From: an uncultured Chloroflexia bacterium
GTDB taxonomy: Bacteria > Chloroflexota > Anaerolineae > CG2-30-64-16
Direction: 5' to 3'
Length of the DNA stretch: 64,000 bases
NCBI GenBank assembly: GCA_963810095.1
Contig: CAWEMM010000006.1
Coordinates: forward strand, 896,001 to 960,000
Positions within the stretch are counted from its first letter, which is position 1. Each line of letters opens with the position of its first letter. Of the stretch, positions 38,922 to 49,493 are shown in pieces. The position numbers were made by a program, and so were the translations under genes. The notes under the pieces were generated by a model. That model saw only the letters and a list, made by a program, of their open reading frames with translations. It had not been told where the DNA came from and did not search any database.

Positions 38922-39821
38922 CCTGATCATTGTCGGAGGCGGGCCAGCGGGCCTGACGGCCGCGGTTTACGCGATTCGCAAGCGCCTGAACTGTCATTCT
39001 GGTCAGCCCTGACCTCGGCGGCAAGGCGAATGCCCGGATGCACATGGAGGGCGTCGACACATTCAACGTTATTAACGGCGCCGACCTCGTGCGGCGGTTC
39101 CGCAACGAGATCGAGTACCTGGACTTCGCCCGCCTTCTCGAGCCGGCGTCCAAGATCGAGAAGAGTGACGGCCGCTTTCTCGTGACGACGAGCAGCGGCA
39201 CGTGCCTGGAGGCCCGTGCCGTCATTCTCGCAACCGGCGCCGACGCCGTGCGGCTCGACGTACCGGGCGCAGACAAGTTCTGGCTCAAGGGCGTCGCCTA
39301 TTCGACCGTCAGCTATGCGCCGTTGTACATCGACAAGACCGTCGCGCTGATCGGCTCGGGCTGGATGGCCATGCGCGGGGCCGCGGAACTGGCCCAGATC
39401 GCCAAGCAGCTGTACCTGGTCGCACCCACGCACGGCGAGCTCGACACCCCCATGGGCCGCCGGGTGGCCGGCGCACCCCACGTCGAGCTGCTCGAGAACT
39501 GGGAGGCGGTGGCCGTCGAGGGCGACGTGTACGCCCGGCGCCTGGTCGTGCGCGCACCCGATGGCTACGAGCGCAGCCTGGACGTCGACGGCATCTTCGT
39601 CGAGCTCGGGCTGAAGCCACACAGCGAGCTGGTGCAGGGCCTGACCGCCGTGGACGAGAGCCGGCCGCGTGCTCGTCAACTGCGGCACGGAGACGACGAC
39701 GCCCGGCCTGTTCGCGGCCGGCGACGTGACCCAGCTGCCCGCCGAGCAGGTGGTCGTCGCGATCGGCGAGGGCGCGAAGGCAGCGCTGGCCGCGTACGAA
39801 TACTTGATAAGAAACACGTAA
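38914..39821 (+). CDS. TrxR-fold flavoprotein lacking the CxxC (frameshifts near 38992 and 39662)
   Basis: [36 protein letters not shown] at the CxxC position, GLFAAGDVT, AIGEGAKAAL. Confidence 0.85.
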
Positions 39822-39905
39822 CGCACTATACTATTTGATACAGTCACTTGTTTCGAGGCGGCGACTACGCGGCGCCTCAGACATGTGAAAGAAAGGACCT
39901 TCCCC

Positions 39906-40793
39906 ATGCCCGCCCAATTGATCGACGGCAAGATCATCGCTGCTGCCGTCCGCCAGGAAGCCGCTGCATGAGGTGGCCGCGCTCAAAGAGCAGACCGGGA
40001 TGACACCCACGCTCGCGGTGGTGCTCGTAGGCGAAAACCCGGCATCCCAGACCTATGTCGCTTCGAAGGGCAAGGCCTGCATCGAGGCCGGCATGGGCTC
40101 GATCACGCACCGGCTGGACGCCTCCGTCTCGCAGCAGGAAGTCGAAGACCTGGTGCGGGCGCTGAACGCCGACCCGAGCGTGAACGGCATCCTGGTCCAG
40201 CTGCCCCTGCCCCGGGGCATGGACGAAAAGAAGGTGCTGGACCTGATCAGCATCGAGAAGGACGTCGACGGCTTCCACCCGATGAACATCGGCGAGCTGG
40301 TGATGAAAGGCCGGACCCCCAAGTTCGTGCCTTGCACCCCGGCCGGCTGCATCGAGATGCTCAAGCGGTCGGGCATCCCCATCGCCGGGCGCGGATGCGG
40401 TGGTCGTGGGCCGCTCGAACATCGTCGGCGTGCCGGTCGCAGCGCTGCTGCAAAACGCCGACGCGACGGTCACCGTCTGCCACAGCCGGACGAAGGATCT
40501 CGCCCGCCAAGGTGCGCGAGGCCGACATCGTCGTTGCGGCGATCGGCAAGCCCTATTACGTGAAGGGCGACTGGCTGAAGCCGGGCTGCGCGGTGATCGA
40601 CGTCGGCATCAACGCGGTCCCCGATGCGACGAAGAAGAGCGGGCAGCGCCTGGTCGGCGACGTCGCGTTCGACGAAGCGTGCGAGGTGGCTGGATGGATC
40701 ACGCCGGTGCCGGGCGGCGTGGGCCTGATGACCGTTGCCATGCTGTTGAAGAATACCGTGCGCGCCTTCAAGCTGCAGCACAACCTCGAATAG
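39906..40793 (+). CDS. folD: Methylene-THF dehydrogenase/cyclohydrolase (frameshifts near 39968, 40392 and 40503)
   Basis: [53 protein letters not shown]. Confidence 0.95.
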
Positions 40794-40805
40794 AACGGCG
40801 TTCTT

Positions 40806-40848
40806 ACCACAAAGACACGAGCCCCTACAAACTCTGTGTCTTTGTGGT
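40806..40848. repeat. REP-like palindrome, ACCAC-AAGACAC family
   Basis: ACCACAAAGACAC...GTGTCTTTGTGGT. Confidence 0.7.
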
Positions 40849-40869
40849 TAGCGTCCAGGAGTAGCCAAA

Positions 40870-41448
40870 ATGTCGTTACGAACTTGGATCCAAGATCATC
40901 CCGCACCGCTCGTATGGTCGTGGGAAGCCTCCGCCTTCATGCTGCGGCTGATGCGGCCGGTCTTTGCGAAGATGGGGATGGAAACCTCCTCGAAGATCGT
41001 GAAGGTGCCGGAGGAAATCATCAAGGGTGCGCTGTTTAACTGCCAGGACTGTGCGCAGTGCCAGCTGCACTACACGGGCATGACCTGCCCGATGAACTGC
41101 CCCAAGAACCTGCGCAACGGCCCGTGCGGCGGGGTGCGCCTGAACGGGCACTGTGAAGTCAAGCCGGAGATGGAATGCGTGTGGGTCGCGGGCATCCGTC
41201 GGGCCGCGAAGACCCCATACGAGCACGAGCTGATGCGCCTGAACCCGCCCGTCGACATCCGGCTGAAGGGCCAGGCATCGTGGGTCACCTACTCGCTCGG
41301 CGTCGACAAGATCCCCACCGGCACCGACGTGGAGGTGCGCTACGCAGACGAGGCACTGGAGAAGGGCCGGGCACTGAAGAAGGCGGCCGCGGTCAACAAA
41401 GTCGCTCCGGCGACAAAGGAGGCTTCGGCCCCAAAGGAGGCCGCATGA
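40870..41448 (+). CDS. metV: MTHFR C-terminal/Fe-S subunit (short MetV)
   Basis: CQDCAQC..TGMTCPMNCPKNLRNGPCGG..GHCEV..ECVW. Confidence 0.88.
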   Translation: MSLRTWIQDHPAPLVWSWEASAFMLRLMRPVFAKMGMETSSKIVKVPEEIIKGALFNCQDCAQCQLHYTGMTCPMNCPKNLRNGPCGGVRLNGHCEVKPEMECVWVAGIRRAAKTPYEHELMRLNPPVDIRLKGQASWVTYSLGVDKIPTGTDVEVRYADEALEKGRALKKAAAVNKVAPATKEASAPKEAA

Positions 41449-42488
41449 ACGCCCCTGATGTGAAAGTGACGCCGCCTCCGGCCGCGCCTGCTGCTCCCGC
41501 CGTCGTCCAGACCGGGCTGCGCGGCGAGTCGAGCAACCTGGCCAAGGTGCTCAACGCGGGCAAGTTCGGCGTGTGCGTGGAAGTCTCGCCGCCCGTCGGC
41601 CCGAACGTCGAAGCAATCCAGCGCGAGATCAAGACGCTGAAGGGTTACGGCGACGCCTACAACGTGACCGACAACCAGTCGGCCATGGTGCACGTCTCCT
41701 CGCTGGCGGTCAGCATTATGCTCAAGCAGGCCGGCATGGAGCCGGTGATCCAGTTCACCGCCCGCGACCGCAACCGTCTCGGCATCCAGGGCGATCTGCT
41801 CGGCGCGTCCGTGTTCGGGATCAACACCGTCCTCTGCCTCTCGGGCGACCATCCCATCTGGGGCGATCATCCGCAGTGCAAGCCGGTCTACGACATGGAC
41901 TCGCTGAATCTCGTCCGCATGGTGCGCATGATGCGCGACAACCAGGTCTTCGAGAACGGCAAGACGATCCCCAAGAAGGCGCCCGACTTCTTCATCGGCG
42001 CGGTCGAGAACCCGTTTGCGCCGCCGTTCGACTACCGGCCGCTGCGACTGGCCAAGAAGATCGTCGCCGGCGCGCAATTCATCCAGACCCAGCTCATCTT
42101 CAACGTGCCGACCGCTTCCGCGAGTTCATGAAGAAGGTGGTCGACCTGGGCCTGCACGAGCAGATCGCGATCTTTGCGGGCGTCGGGCCGACCAAGTCGC
42201 AGAAGGTCGCCGAGTACATGAAGACCGAAGTGGCGGGCATGGACGTCCCCGATTGGGTGCTCAAGCGGATGGACGGCCTGTCGAAGGAAGATCAGCAGAA
42301 GGCCGGCATCGACATCTGCCTGGAGATCGCCCGCCAGGTCATGGAGATCGAAGGGGTCAAGGGTCTCGCACGTGATGGCAGTCAACTGGCCGGCGGCCGT
42401 CCCGCAGATCGTGAAGGAACTGGGGCTATATCCCCGGCCGGTGATTGAGACAGAGACCGCGGTCGCGCCGGTTGCGACACCGGCATAG
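41445..42488 (+). CDS. metF: Methylene-THF reductase (frameshifts near 42110 and 42368)
   Basis: EVSPP, NVTDNQ, RDRNRLGIQGDLLGA, LSGDH, KIVAGAQFIQTQ, HVMAVNW. Confidence 0.93.
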
Positions 42489-42497
42489 TCCCGTGCC

Positions 42498-42531
42498 AAA
42501 CCTCCGAGGTCTTCGAAGACCTCGGAGGTTT
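42498..42531. terminator. Perfect 34-bp REP-like palindrome between convergent metF and nfo
   Basis: AAACCTCCGAGGTCTTCGAAGACCTCGGAGGTTT. Confidence 0.75.
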
Positions 42532-42536
42532 CTTTC

Positions 42537-43388
42537 CTACTCCCGTATCAATCCCCGCAGCACTCGCAGGTTCTCCACGTCCTCGTGCATATCGTCGCTC
42601 TTCTCGGTCTCCAGAATCTTCGGGATCGTTGCCAGCCGCGGGTCGTTGAGGATGAAACCAAACGCTTCGAGGCCGATCTGCCCGGTGCCGATATGGTCGT
42701 GCCGGTCTACCCGCGAGCCGAGCGGCTTCTTCGCATCGTTGAAATGAAAACACTTCAGCCGTTCGATGCCGCACAGCGTATCAAACTGGCCCAGCGTGTC
42801 CGCATACGCCTGCTCGGTCCGCAGGTCGTAGCCTGAGGCGAACAGGTGGCACGTGTCCAGGCAGAAGCCAAGCCGCTCGGGCTCGCTCGCCCCTTGCAGC
42901 ATGGCCTGCAGATGCTCGAACCGGTAGCCCAGCGCGGTGCCCTGCCCGGCCGTATGCTCCACGAGCGTCAGCGTCTTGAACCCCGGCGTGCGCCGGTGCG
43001 CCGCGTCGATCCCCTTGACGATGCGGGCGATCCCCGCCTCCTCGCCTTCGCCCATGTGTGCGCCCGGATGGAACACCACGCCCAGCAGGCCCAATTCCTC
43101 CGCCCGCGTCAGCTCGTCCGCGAGGGCCTCCACCGACTTGTCCCACAAGTCCGGGTTGGGCGTGCCCAGGTTGATCAGGTAGGCCGCATGCGACACGACC
43201 GGGCGGATCCCGGTCTCCGCCTGCTTCTGACCCCAGCGCTCGATTTCCTCGGGCGGCGTCGGCTTCTGCTGCCAGCGGTTCTGGTTCTTCGTGAAGATCT
43301 GCATCGTCGTGCAGCCGACGAGCGCGCCGCGGTCGAACGCAGTGCTCAAGCCGCCCGATGTGGACATGTGCGCGCCTAACAACGCCAT
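42537..43388 (-). CDS. nfo: Endonuclease IV
   Basis: LGAHMS, QIFTKN, HAAYLINL, HPG, CLDTCH, DRHDHIG, ILET. Confidence 0.95.
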   Translation of the reverse strand: MALLGAHMSTSGGLSTAFDRGALVGCTTMQIFTKNQNRWQQKPTPPEEIERWGQKQAETGIRPVVSHAAYLINLGTPNPDLWDKSVEALADELTRAEELGLLGVVFHPGAHMGEGEEAGIARIVKGIDAAHRRTPGFKTLTLVEHTAGQGTALGYRFEHLQAMLQGASEPERLGFCLDTCHLFASGYDLRTEQAYADTLGQFDTLCGIERLKCFHFNDAKKPLGSRVDRHDHIGTGQIGLEAFGFILNDPRLATIPKILETEKSDDMHEDVENLRVLRGLIRE

Positions 43389-43424
43389 AACTCCCCCCTC
43401 AGGATAACGCGGTTTCTTTTCACC

Positions 43425-43982
43425 CTACTCGCCGCGTGCGAGCGTGAAATGCTCGACGCCCGCGGCTTTGTCCTCGACTCGGCCCAAGACGAACAGCAGC
43501 GAAGACAGCCGGTTAAGGTATTTGAGTGGAGTGTCGTTACGCAGCTCGCCCTCGTGGCTCAGCCGCGCCACCAGCCGCTCCGCACGCCGCACCACGGTCC
43601 TGCAGACCTCCAGGCAGGCGCTCGACGGGCTGTCGCCGGGCACGATAAAGGCCCTCGGCATCTCGACCTGTTGTCCGAAGGCCTCCGTCTGCTCCTCCAG
43701 CCAGTCCAGCCGTGCTTCCTTGAGCCACGGGTCCCGGGTCGCCGTTTCAGGCAAAGTCGCCAGGTCCGCCATCATGCCGTAAAGGTCGCGCTGAACGGTC
43801 AACAAGGCCGCGGCTGACCCCGGCGCGCGCGCGTGGACCCGCGCCATGCCCAGGAACGCCGATGCCTCGTCTACCGTCCCATACGCCTCCGGCCGCAGCG
43901 CGTACTTGGGCACCCGTTCGCGACCCAGCACGCCGGTGAACCCGTCGTCGCCCGTGCCCGTGTACCACGGTATAGCATCCAT
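43425..43982 (-). CDS. PduO-type cob(I)alamin adenosyltransferase
   Basis: YTGTGDDG, YGTVDE, FIVPG, RTVVRRAER, YLNRLSSLLF. Confidence 0.92.
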   Translation of the reverse strand: MDAIPWYTGTGDDGFTGVLGRERVPKYALRPEAYGTVDEASAFLGMARVHARAPGSAAALLTVQRDLYGMMADLATLPETATRDPWLKEARLDWLEEQTEAFGQQVEMPRAFIVPGDSPSSACLEVCRTVVRRAERLVARLSHEGELRNDTPLKYLNRLSSLLFVLGRVEDKAAGVEHFTLARGE

Positions 43983-44018
43983 GATCTCGACCCCCAAAGG
44001 CGTTCAGCGCGAACCGCG

Positions 44019-44452
44019 CTACTGCACACCCACGCCGAAGTGGTAGACCAGCTTGCCGCCGAGCCACCCTTCGACAAAAACCAGCAAGACGATGACCGCG
44101 AGCAGCCCGATATATCCCCAGCGGCGAACTGCTGACCATCAGCTCGCTTGTTACGCAGCGGCCAATAGAGCGCCAGGCCCACCGCGATCAATAGTGCGAT
44201 CCCAACAGTGATGTGTTGATTGATGACCGTCGCGACGTCCGCGTTCTGCGGCGCGTTCGTTTGGTCGATCAAGCCCGACACCACCGCCGCCATGATCCCC
44301 AGCCAGCCCAACAGCAGCGTAATCTGCCCGTACCCCGTCCAGCGATCCTGTCGCCGCAGCAGCCCCACCACAATGAACAGCGCGCCCACGATGGACAAGG
44401 CGATGGGGAAATGGACGATGCGGGGGTGGAAGGGGGTCAGGGTCTCAAGCAC
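44019..44452 (-). CDS. DUF2231 membrane protein (frameshift near 44100-44140)
   Basis: HPRIVHFPIAL; C-terminal GWLGGKLVYHFGVGVQ*. Confidence 0.8.
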
Positions 44453-44473
44453 GCCTCGATCCTTTCGGCTGCG

Positions 44474-45232
44474 TCAGTCCAGGCCACTGTAATTTGCCGC
44501 CATCAGCCGCTCGGCAAAGTGCTTGCCGCGGGGCAATCCGCTCGTCCGCATCTCGTGCACGACGACGGCCGTCGGATATGCAACCCGGCGGTGCTCCGCC
44601 CGCCATGCGCCTCCGCCGAGTCCGCTTTGTTCCCACGTCAGGATCGCATAGGCGGCCCGCTGGTCGCCATCCATCGGCAGCCCGACGCTCGACACGTTAA
44701 CCAGCAGGCGCTCGCGCCACGTTCGGACGAACGGCGTGTGAATGTGGCCGAAAGCCAGCGCACGCCAGGCCGGCGGGCGGCCATCCTCCAGCAGAAGCTC
44801 GTCCAGGTTCGCCTCCGCGGCTCGCCGCAGAATCGCCTGCTCCATGTCGTGCGGGTTCGCATGGACGACGAGAAGATCGTGCCCCGGTGCGGGCGAAATC
44901 CTCCGGCTGAACGGCAGCCCGCGAAGAAAGCCCACCCGCTCGGGTCCGAGCTGTTCGCACATCCAGGCCAGGTGCGCGGTAAAACGTCCCGGTTCCTTGC
45001 CCTCGGGCGTCTCCGCAGTTGGCTCGAAAAACGCGTCGGTGTTGCCCTTGATCGCGGTCGCGCGCAGCGCCTGAACCCGGTCGATCACCTCCCGAGGCCG
45101 CGGCCCCGACCACACCAGATCTCCGGCAACGACGATTTCGTCAAACGGCCCCCGGCTTGCGAGGTCGGCTAACACCGCGTCCAACGCAACCGCGTTGCCG
45201 TGGATGTCCGACAAAATAGCAACTCGCATCAC
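44474..45232 (-). CDS. Metallophosphoesterase
   Basis: SDIHGN, GD, GNTD, HANP, GHIH. Confidence 0.9.
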   Translation of the reverse strand: MMRVAILSDIHGNAVALDAVLADLASRGPFDEIVVAGDLVWSGPRPREVIDRVQALRATAIKGNTDAFFEPTAETPEGKEPGRFTAHLAWMCEQLGPERVGFLRGLPFSRRISPAPGHDLLVVHANPHDMEQAILRRAAEANLDELLLEDGRPPAWRALAFGHIHTPFVRTWRERLLVNVSSVGLPMDGDQRAAYAILTWEQSGLGGGAWRAEHRRVAYPTAVVVHEMRTSGLPRGKHFAERLMAANYSGLD

Positions 45233-45283
45233 TGCGTCTCCTCAACTCCGATGTTGAGCTGGCAGGCTCGTTTCTGGCGCCAT

Positions 45284-46129
45284 CTACCCACGGATAATCG
45301 CTGCGCCAACTGCATTCGGACCGGCGTGCGCGGCAAAAGCCGGGCCGGCCTCCACGGTCAACACGTCCATCAGCGGCACGCCGGCCAGCGCCGCAATCCG
45401 GTCGGCAAGCTCGTTGGCCACCTCGCAGCCCCGCGTATATGCGGCCGCGAGGCCCTCCACGGGCAAGCGTTCGCGCACTTCATCCTCGAGCCGCTGCAAT
45501 GCGCTGCGTGTCGAACGCGCAATCGCCACCAACTTGAACTCGCCGTTGCACATCTCCAGGACCGGCTTCACTCGCAACGTGCGGGCGACCTTATCCACCA
45601 GGGGAATAATGCGATCCAACCGTCCGCCGCGGCGCACCCACTCGAGCGTGTCGAGGACGAAAATGATCGAGGTTCGCTCCCGCAGGTTCTCAATGGTCTG
45701 CTGGATCAGTTCGGCGCTGCTGCCCCCGGCTGCCTCTCTGGCGGCTACCAAGACCTGCAGGCCCATGCCGAGCGAAAAAGAGCCCGTATCGATCACCCGC
45801 ACCTTGTCCCCAAAGTCCTGCGCAGCCAGCCAGGCGGCGTTATAGGTGCCGCTGTGCTTCCCCGGCAGCGTCAGGCAGACCACGTCGCAGCCCTCGTCGA
45901 CATGCGTTTGAAATACTTTATAGAAGGTGCCCGGCGCCGGCGAAGACGTGCCGGGGGCATTCGGAGAGTCAGCGGCCCGGCGCCAAAAGTCGTCGCTGGT
46001 AAGGCCGTCGCTCGAAATCATCTCCTCACCGAATCGCACAAACACGGGAATAATCGTGATGCCATATTGGCGCACAAGCGCGTCAGGTAAGTCACAACCG
46101 CTGTCGGCAACGATGCGTACGTTGGGCAT
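45284..46129 (-). CDS. DegV family fatty-acid-binding protein
   Basis: IVADSGCDLP, TSSP, SGTYNAA, RGGR, KPVL, HAGP. Confidence 0.92.
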   Translation of the reverse strand: MPNVRIVADSGCDLPDALVRQYGITIIPVFVRFGEEMISSDGLTSDDFWRRAADSPNAPGTSSPAPGTFYKVFQTHVDEGCDVVCLTLPGKHSGTYNAAWLAAQDFGDKVRVIDTGSFSLGMGLQVLVAAREAAGGSSAELIQQTIENLRERTSIIFVLDTLEWVRRGGRLDRIIPLVDKVARTLRVKPVLEMCNGEFKLVAIARSTRSALQRLEDEVRERLPVEGLAAAYTRGCEVANELADRIAALAGVPLMDVLTVEAGPAFAAHAGPNAVGAAIIRG

Positions 46130-46365
46130 ATCCCCTCCGTTGGGTTGCTCTTTTGGAAGAGTCCCGCGAACTATGCGCCATTATAGCACCCGTCGCAGTA
46201 AGCGCAATGCCGCGAGGGCCGTTCCAGACGAGCCGGCAGACCCGCTTTTCACGCCGCACGCACCTGCGCCCCCCACCTGCCTTGTGCTTGGCGGGCCGGC
46301 GCGGCGTGTGCTACAATAGATGCACGTGGATGGCCCGTTCGGCCGCAAACGGGGTGGAGGCAGCC

Positions 46366-46728
46366 ATGAGGCCCAAAATCGAAGACACGTGGTTCGGTAG
46401 CATCACGGTCGAAGGGACCCGCTACGAGTACGATATTATCATCCGACTGAGCGGCAAGGTGCGGCGCCGTAACAAGCAGCTGTCCAAGGCGCTGTACGGC
46501 ACCTCGCACACAATCAGTCTGGATGAGATACGCGATCTGCACCGGAAACGCGCAAAACGGCTGGTCATCGGTGCGGGGCAGGAGGGCCAGGTCGTCCTCT
46601 CACCCGAAGCTGCCGACTTCCTCGCCAAGAAGGGCTGCCTCGTCGATCTCCTCCCCACCCCGCAAGCCATCGAGTGCTGGAATGCAGCCGAGGGCGAGGT
46701 CCTGGGACTGTTCCACATCACCTGCTAG
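46366..46728 (+). CDS. Mth938-like domain protein
   Basis: FGSITVEG..Y..DIII, YGTSH, IGAGQEG, PTPQA, FHITC*. Confidence 0.85.
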   Translation: MRPKIEDTWFGSITVEGTRYEYDIIIRLSGKVRRRNKQLSKALYGTSHTISLDEIRDLHRKRAKRLVIGAGQEGQVVLSPEAADFLAKKGCLVDLLPTPQAIECWNAAEGEVLGLFHITC

Positions 46729-46742
46729 ACTCGGAAAAATAC

Positions 46743-47666
46743 ATGCATCCACCATCGAGAGCCAAAGCGATCATCGTGCACGGCGGCGCTTGGGACATCC
46801 CGGCCGCGTTGCACGCCGACCACCTGTCCGGCTGCCGTACGGCGGCCGCGGCGGGATGGGATGTCTTGAGTGAAGGCGGTTCCGCGCTCGAAGCTGTCGA
46901 GGCCGCGATCAGGATTATGGAAGACCACCCGGTCTTTGACGCCGGCCGCGGCTCCCACCTGAATGCAGACGGCGTAGTCGAGCTGGACGCGGGGATGATG
47001 GACGGCTCGACGCTACGCGCGGGGGCCGTAGCGGCCGTCAAGCGGATTGCCAACCCTATCACCCTGGCCCGCCACGTGCTCGACGAGAGCCCACATGTTT
47101 TTCTGGTGGCGGAGGGCGCCGAGCGGTTTGCGCAACAAGTGGGGATGGATTTATGCGACCCGGCCGAGCTCATCGTGCCGCGTGAGCGCGCGCTGTGGGA
47201 ACAACGGCGCGCCGAGCTCGCGCCCTCGACGAGCGTCACCCGGCTTGGGGCCGCAGACACTGTCGGGGCGGTGGCGCTGGACGAGCAGGGCCGCCTGGCA
47301 GTAGGCAATTCGACGGGCGGTACGTTCTACAAGGCGCCGGGCCGCGTTGGCGACACCCCCATCATCGGCTGCGGTCTCTATGCCGACAACACGATGGGCG
47401 CGGCCGTCTGCACGGGCGTTGGCGAGCAGATCATGAAGACTGTGCTGGCCAAAACGACGGTAGACCAGCTTGCGCTTCTGCAGAGCGCCAACGACGCAGC
47501 CCGGGTGGCCATCGCGTACTTTAACCACCGGGTGGGTGGACAAGGCGGCGTGATCTGTATCTCGCCGGACGGCAAGATCGGATTCGCGCATACGACCCCG
47601 TTCCTCGCCCATGCGTACCGCAGCGATGACATGGCCGAAATCCGATCCGGCATACGGGTCGTGTAA
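46743..47666 (+). CDS. Isoaspartyl peptidase/L-asparaginase (Ntn hydrolase)
   Basis: IVHGGAW, ELDAGMMDG, DTVGAVA, STGG, GRVGDTP. Confidence 0.92.
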   Translation: MHPPSRAKAIIVHGGAWDIPAALHADHLSGCRTAAAAGWDVLSEGGSALEAVEAAIRIMEDHPVFDAGRGSHLNADGVVELDAGMMDGSTLRAGAVAAVKRIANPITLARHVLDESPHVFLVAEGAERFAQQVGMDLCDPAELIVPRERALWEQRRAELAPSTSVTRLGAADTVGAVALDEQGRLAVGNSTGGTFYKAPGRVGDTPIIGCGLYADNTMGAAVCTGVGEQIMKTVLAKTTVDQLALLQSANDAARVAIAYFNHRVGGQGGVICISPDGKIGFAHTTPFLAHAYRSDDMAEIRSGIRVV

Positions 47667-47725
47667 GAACCTTGGCACGTGGCAGACAATCGTTTAGTCG
47701 CAAGTGAAGCGCGGGAGGAGAAGGC

Positions 47726-48628
47726 GTGACCGAGGCTCAGATGGGCGAACAACCGGCCGCGCCGCCGCGCGTTGCGCTGCAGACCATGCTCGCACAGCTT
47801 GCCACCATCCTGATCGCCGGCGGGTTGGTGCGGGCATTGGTCGAGGGCGTCTTCACCCGCAACTCGGAAGACTGGCCCTACAATCCGGCCATTACCCGCA
47901 TTGCCGGGATCATCACCGCACGCTTCCTGGAAGTCCTGGCGGTCTACCTGGCCCTCGCGCTCCTCTTCCGCCTGACCCGCTTCGGCTCCTTCGCCCAGCT
48001 CGGTCTTCGGCGACGAGGGCTGCCCTGGCTGCCCGTCGGCTTTGTGGTTCCCATCGTCGCCTTGACACTTGCCGGCCTGATTGCCTACCTTGCCGGCCTG
48101 GTTCCCGCCGCCCGCCTGCTCTATCCCGGCCCCTGGCCGACGCTCCTGGCCGTCGCCGCATCCACCCAGGCAGCCTTCATCGAAGAGCTCGCGTTCCGGG
48201 GGGTCCTGATGCAGGGCATCGAGCACCTGGCGGGAGGCGGTCCCCGCGCCCGTAACATCGCGATTGCCGCCAGCGGCCTCCTGTTCGCCGCGCTCCACCT
48301 GCTCGCGCCCTTCCAGCTCACGTGGGCCTGGTGGATCGTCGTCACGATCGCAGGTCTCGGTTTCGGCTGGGCCTTCTACGCGGCCGGCCGTAACCTGTGG
48401 CTGACCATCGGCCTGCACCTCGGCTTCGACGTGGGTTTGTTCCTCTTGCTCGGCCTGCCCGGCGAGACGCACGGCTGGTTGATCGCGCCCGCGCTCCGCC
48501 CCGTGCCCTCGCTGTCGCAGACCGGCGGCATTATCATGCTCATCGGAACGCTGCTCACGTTGCTGACCCTCAATCTGCTGCTTAACAGAAGGCAGAGACT
48601 GACGATGGCGTCCGGGAGGACAGTGTGA
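47726..48628 (+). CDS. CPBP/Abi family intramembrane protease
   Basis: EELAFRG, FAALH, HLGFD. Confidence 0.88.
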   Translation: MTEAQMGEQPAAPPRVALQTMLAQLATILIAGGLVRALVEGVFTRNSEDWPYNPAITRIAGIITARFLEVLAVYLALALLFRLTRFGSFAQLGLRRRGLPWLPVGFVVPIVALTLAGLIAYLAGLVPAARLLYPGPWPTLLAVAASTQAAFIEELAFRGVLMQGIEHLAGGGPRARNIAIAASGLLFAALHLLAPFQLTWAWWIVVTIAGLGFGWAFYAAGRNLWLTIGLHLGFDVGLFLLLGLPGETHGWLIAPALRPVPSLSQTGGIIMLIGTLLTLLTLNLLLNRRQRLTMASGRTV

Positions 48629-48903
48629 TGTCAGACAAGCGCGTGCGAGTGATCGTGCACGGCCGCGTGCAGGGTGTCGGGTTCCGAGCCGCGTGCCAGG
48701 CAGAAGCGGTCGCGTCGGGAGTGCGCGGCTGGGTGAAAAACAAGTGGGACGGCTCGGTCGAGGCGCTGTTCGAGGGGCCGGAAGACGCGGTCGATCACAT
48801 GCTGCGCTGGTGTGAACGGGGGCCCAGGATGGCCGACATCGAGCGGGTGGACCAGCACGAGGCGCCTGAGCCGGCGCCCCCCGGCCCGTTCAAGGTGCGC
48901 TGA
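48625..48903 (+). CDS. acyP: Acylphosphatase
   Basis: [21 protein letters not shown]. Confidence 0.93.
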   Translation: MMSDKRVRVIVHGRVQGVGFRAACQAEAVASGVRGWVKNKWDGSVEALFEGPEDAVDHMLRWCERGPRMADIERVDQHEAPEPAPPGPFKVR

Positions 48904-49406
48904 TGGGGCCCGGCAGCAGCGAGACAACGCCCGTCATCGTCATCACGGACGGCGCGTGCAGCGGTAATCCTGGTCCGGGCGGCTGGGCCGCCATCTTGCG
49001 CTACGGTTCGCACGAGAAGGTGCTGCAGGGCGGCGCGTCGCTGACGACGAATAATCGCATGGAACTGCGGGCTGCCCTCGCAGCGTTCCAGGCATTAACC
49101 CGTCCGTGCACGGTGACCGTGTACACGGACTCGGAGTATTTGCGCCGGGGCATCACCGAGTGGCTGCCCACATGGGTGCAAAACGGCTGGCGGACGCAGA
49201 GCAAGCAGCCGGTGAAGAACCAGGACCTGTGGCGCGGCTTGCAGGCCGCAATGCGGTCGCACACGGTCAGCTGGCATTGGGTGAAGGGGCACGCGGGCAA
49301 TGAGCTCAACGAACGGGCCGACGCGCTCGCCGTCAATGCGCTGAATACCATCGGCGTGAAGGGTCAGCCCGACCTGGACGGCCCACCGGCGGGGGTACTG
49401 ACCTAG
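48903..49406 (+). CDS. rnhA: Ribonuclease HI
   Basis: [46 protein letters not shown]. Confidence 0.96.
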   Translation: MGPGSSETTPVIVITDGACSGNPGPGGWAAILRYGSHEKVLQGGASLTTNNRMELRAALAAFQALTRPCTVTVYTDSEYLRRGITEWLPTWVQNGWRTQSKQPVKNQDLWRGLQAAMRSHTVSWHWVKGHAGNELNERADALAVNALNTIGVKGQPDLDGPPAGVLT

Positions 49407-49493
49407 CCACCCCGGGCACAGAGGACGTAGAGGCCTTGAAGAGAGACACAGAACTCCGTCGCTCTGTCGTATTCTCTGGGCTGTCTGTGGCTA
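49404..49493. repeat. REP-like imperfect palindrome (GCCAC/CACAGAG type)
   Basis: TAGCCAC...CACAGAG...CTCTG...GTGGCTA between convergent genes. Confidence 0.45.

Noticed and set aside
39960-39975. In-frame TGA in folD as selenocysteine
   Set aside because: The coding sequence continues in a different frame, so it is an indel; the position is not a Cys site.
25454-42488. Pseudogenised WLP or programmed frameshifting
   Set aside because: The same error pattern occurs in essential tsaD and unrelated genes; no consistent slippery sequence; catalytic motifs are intact.
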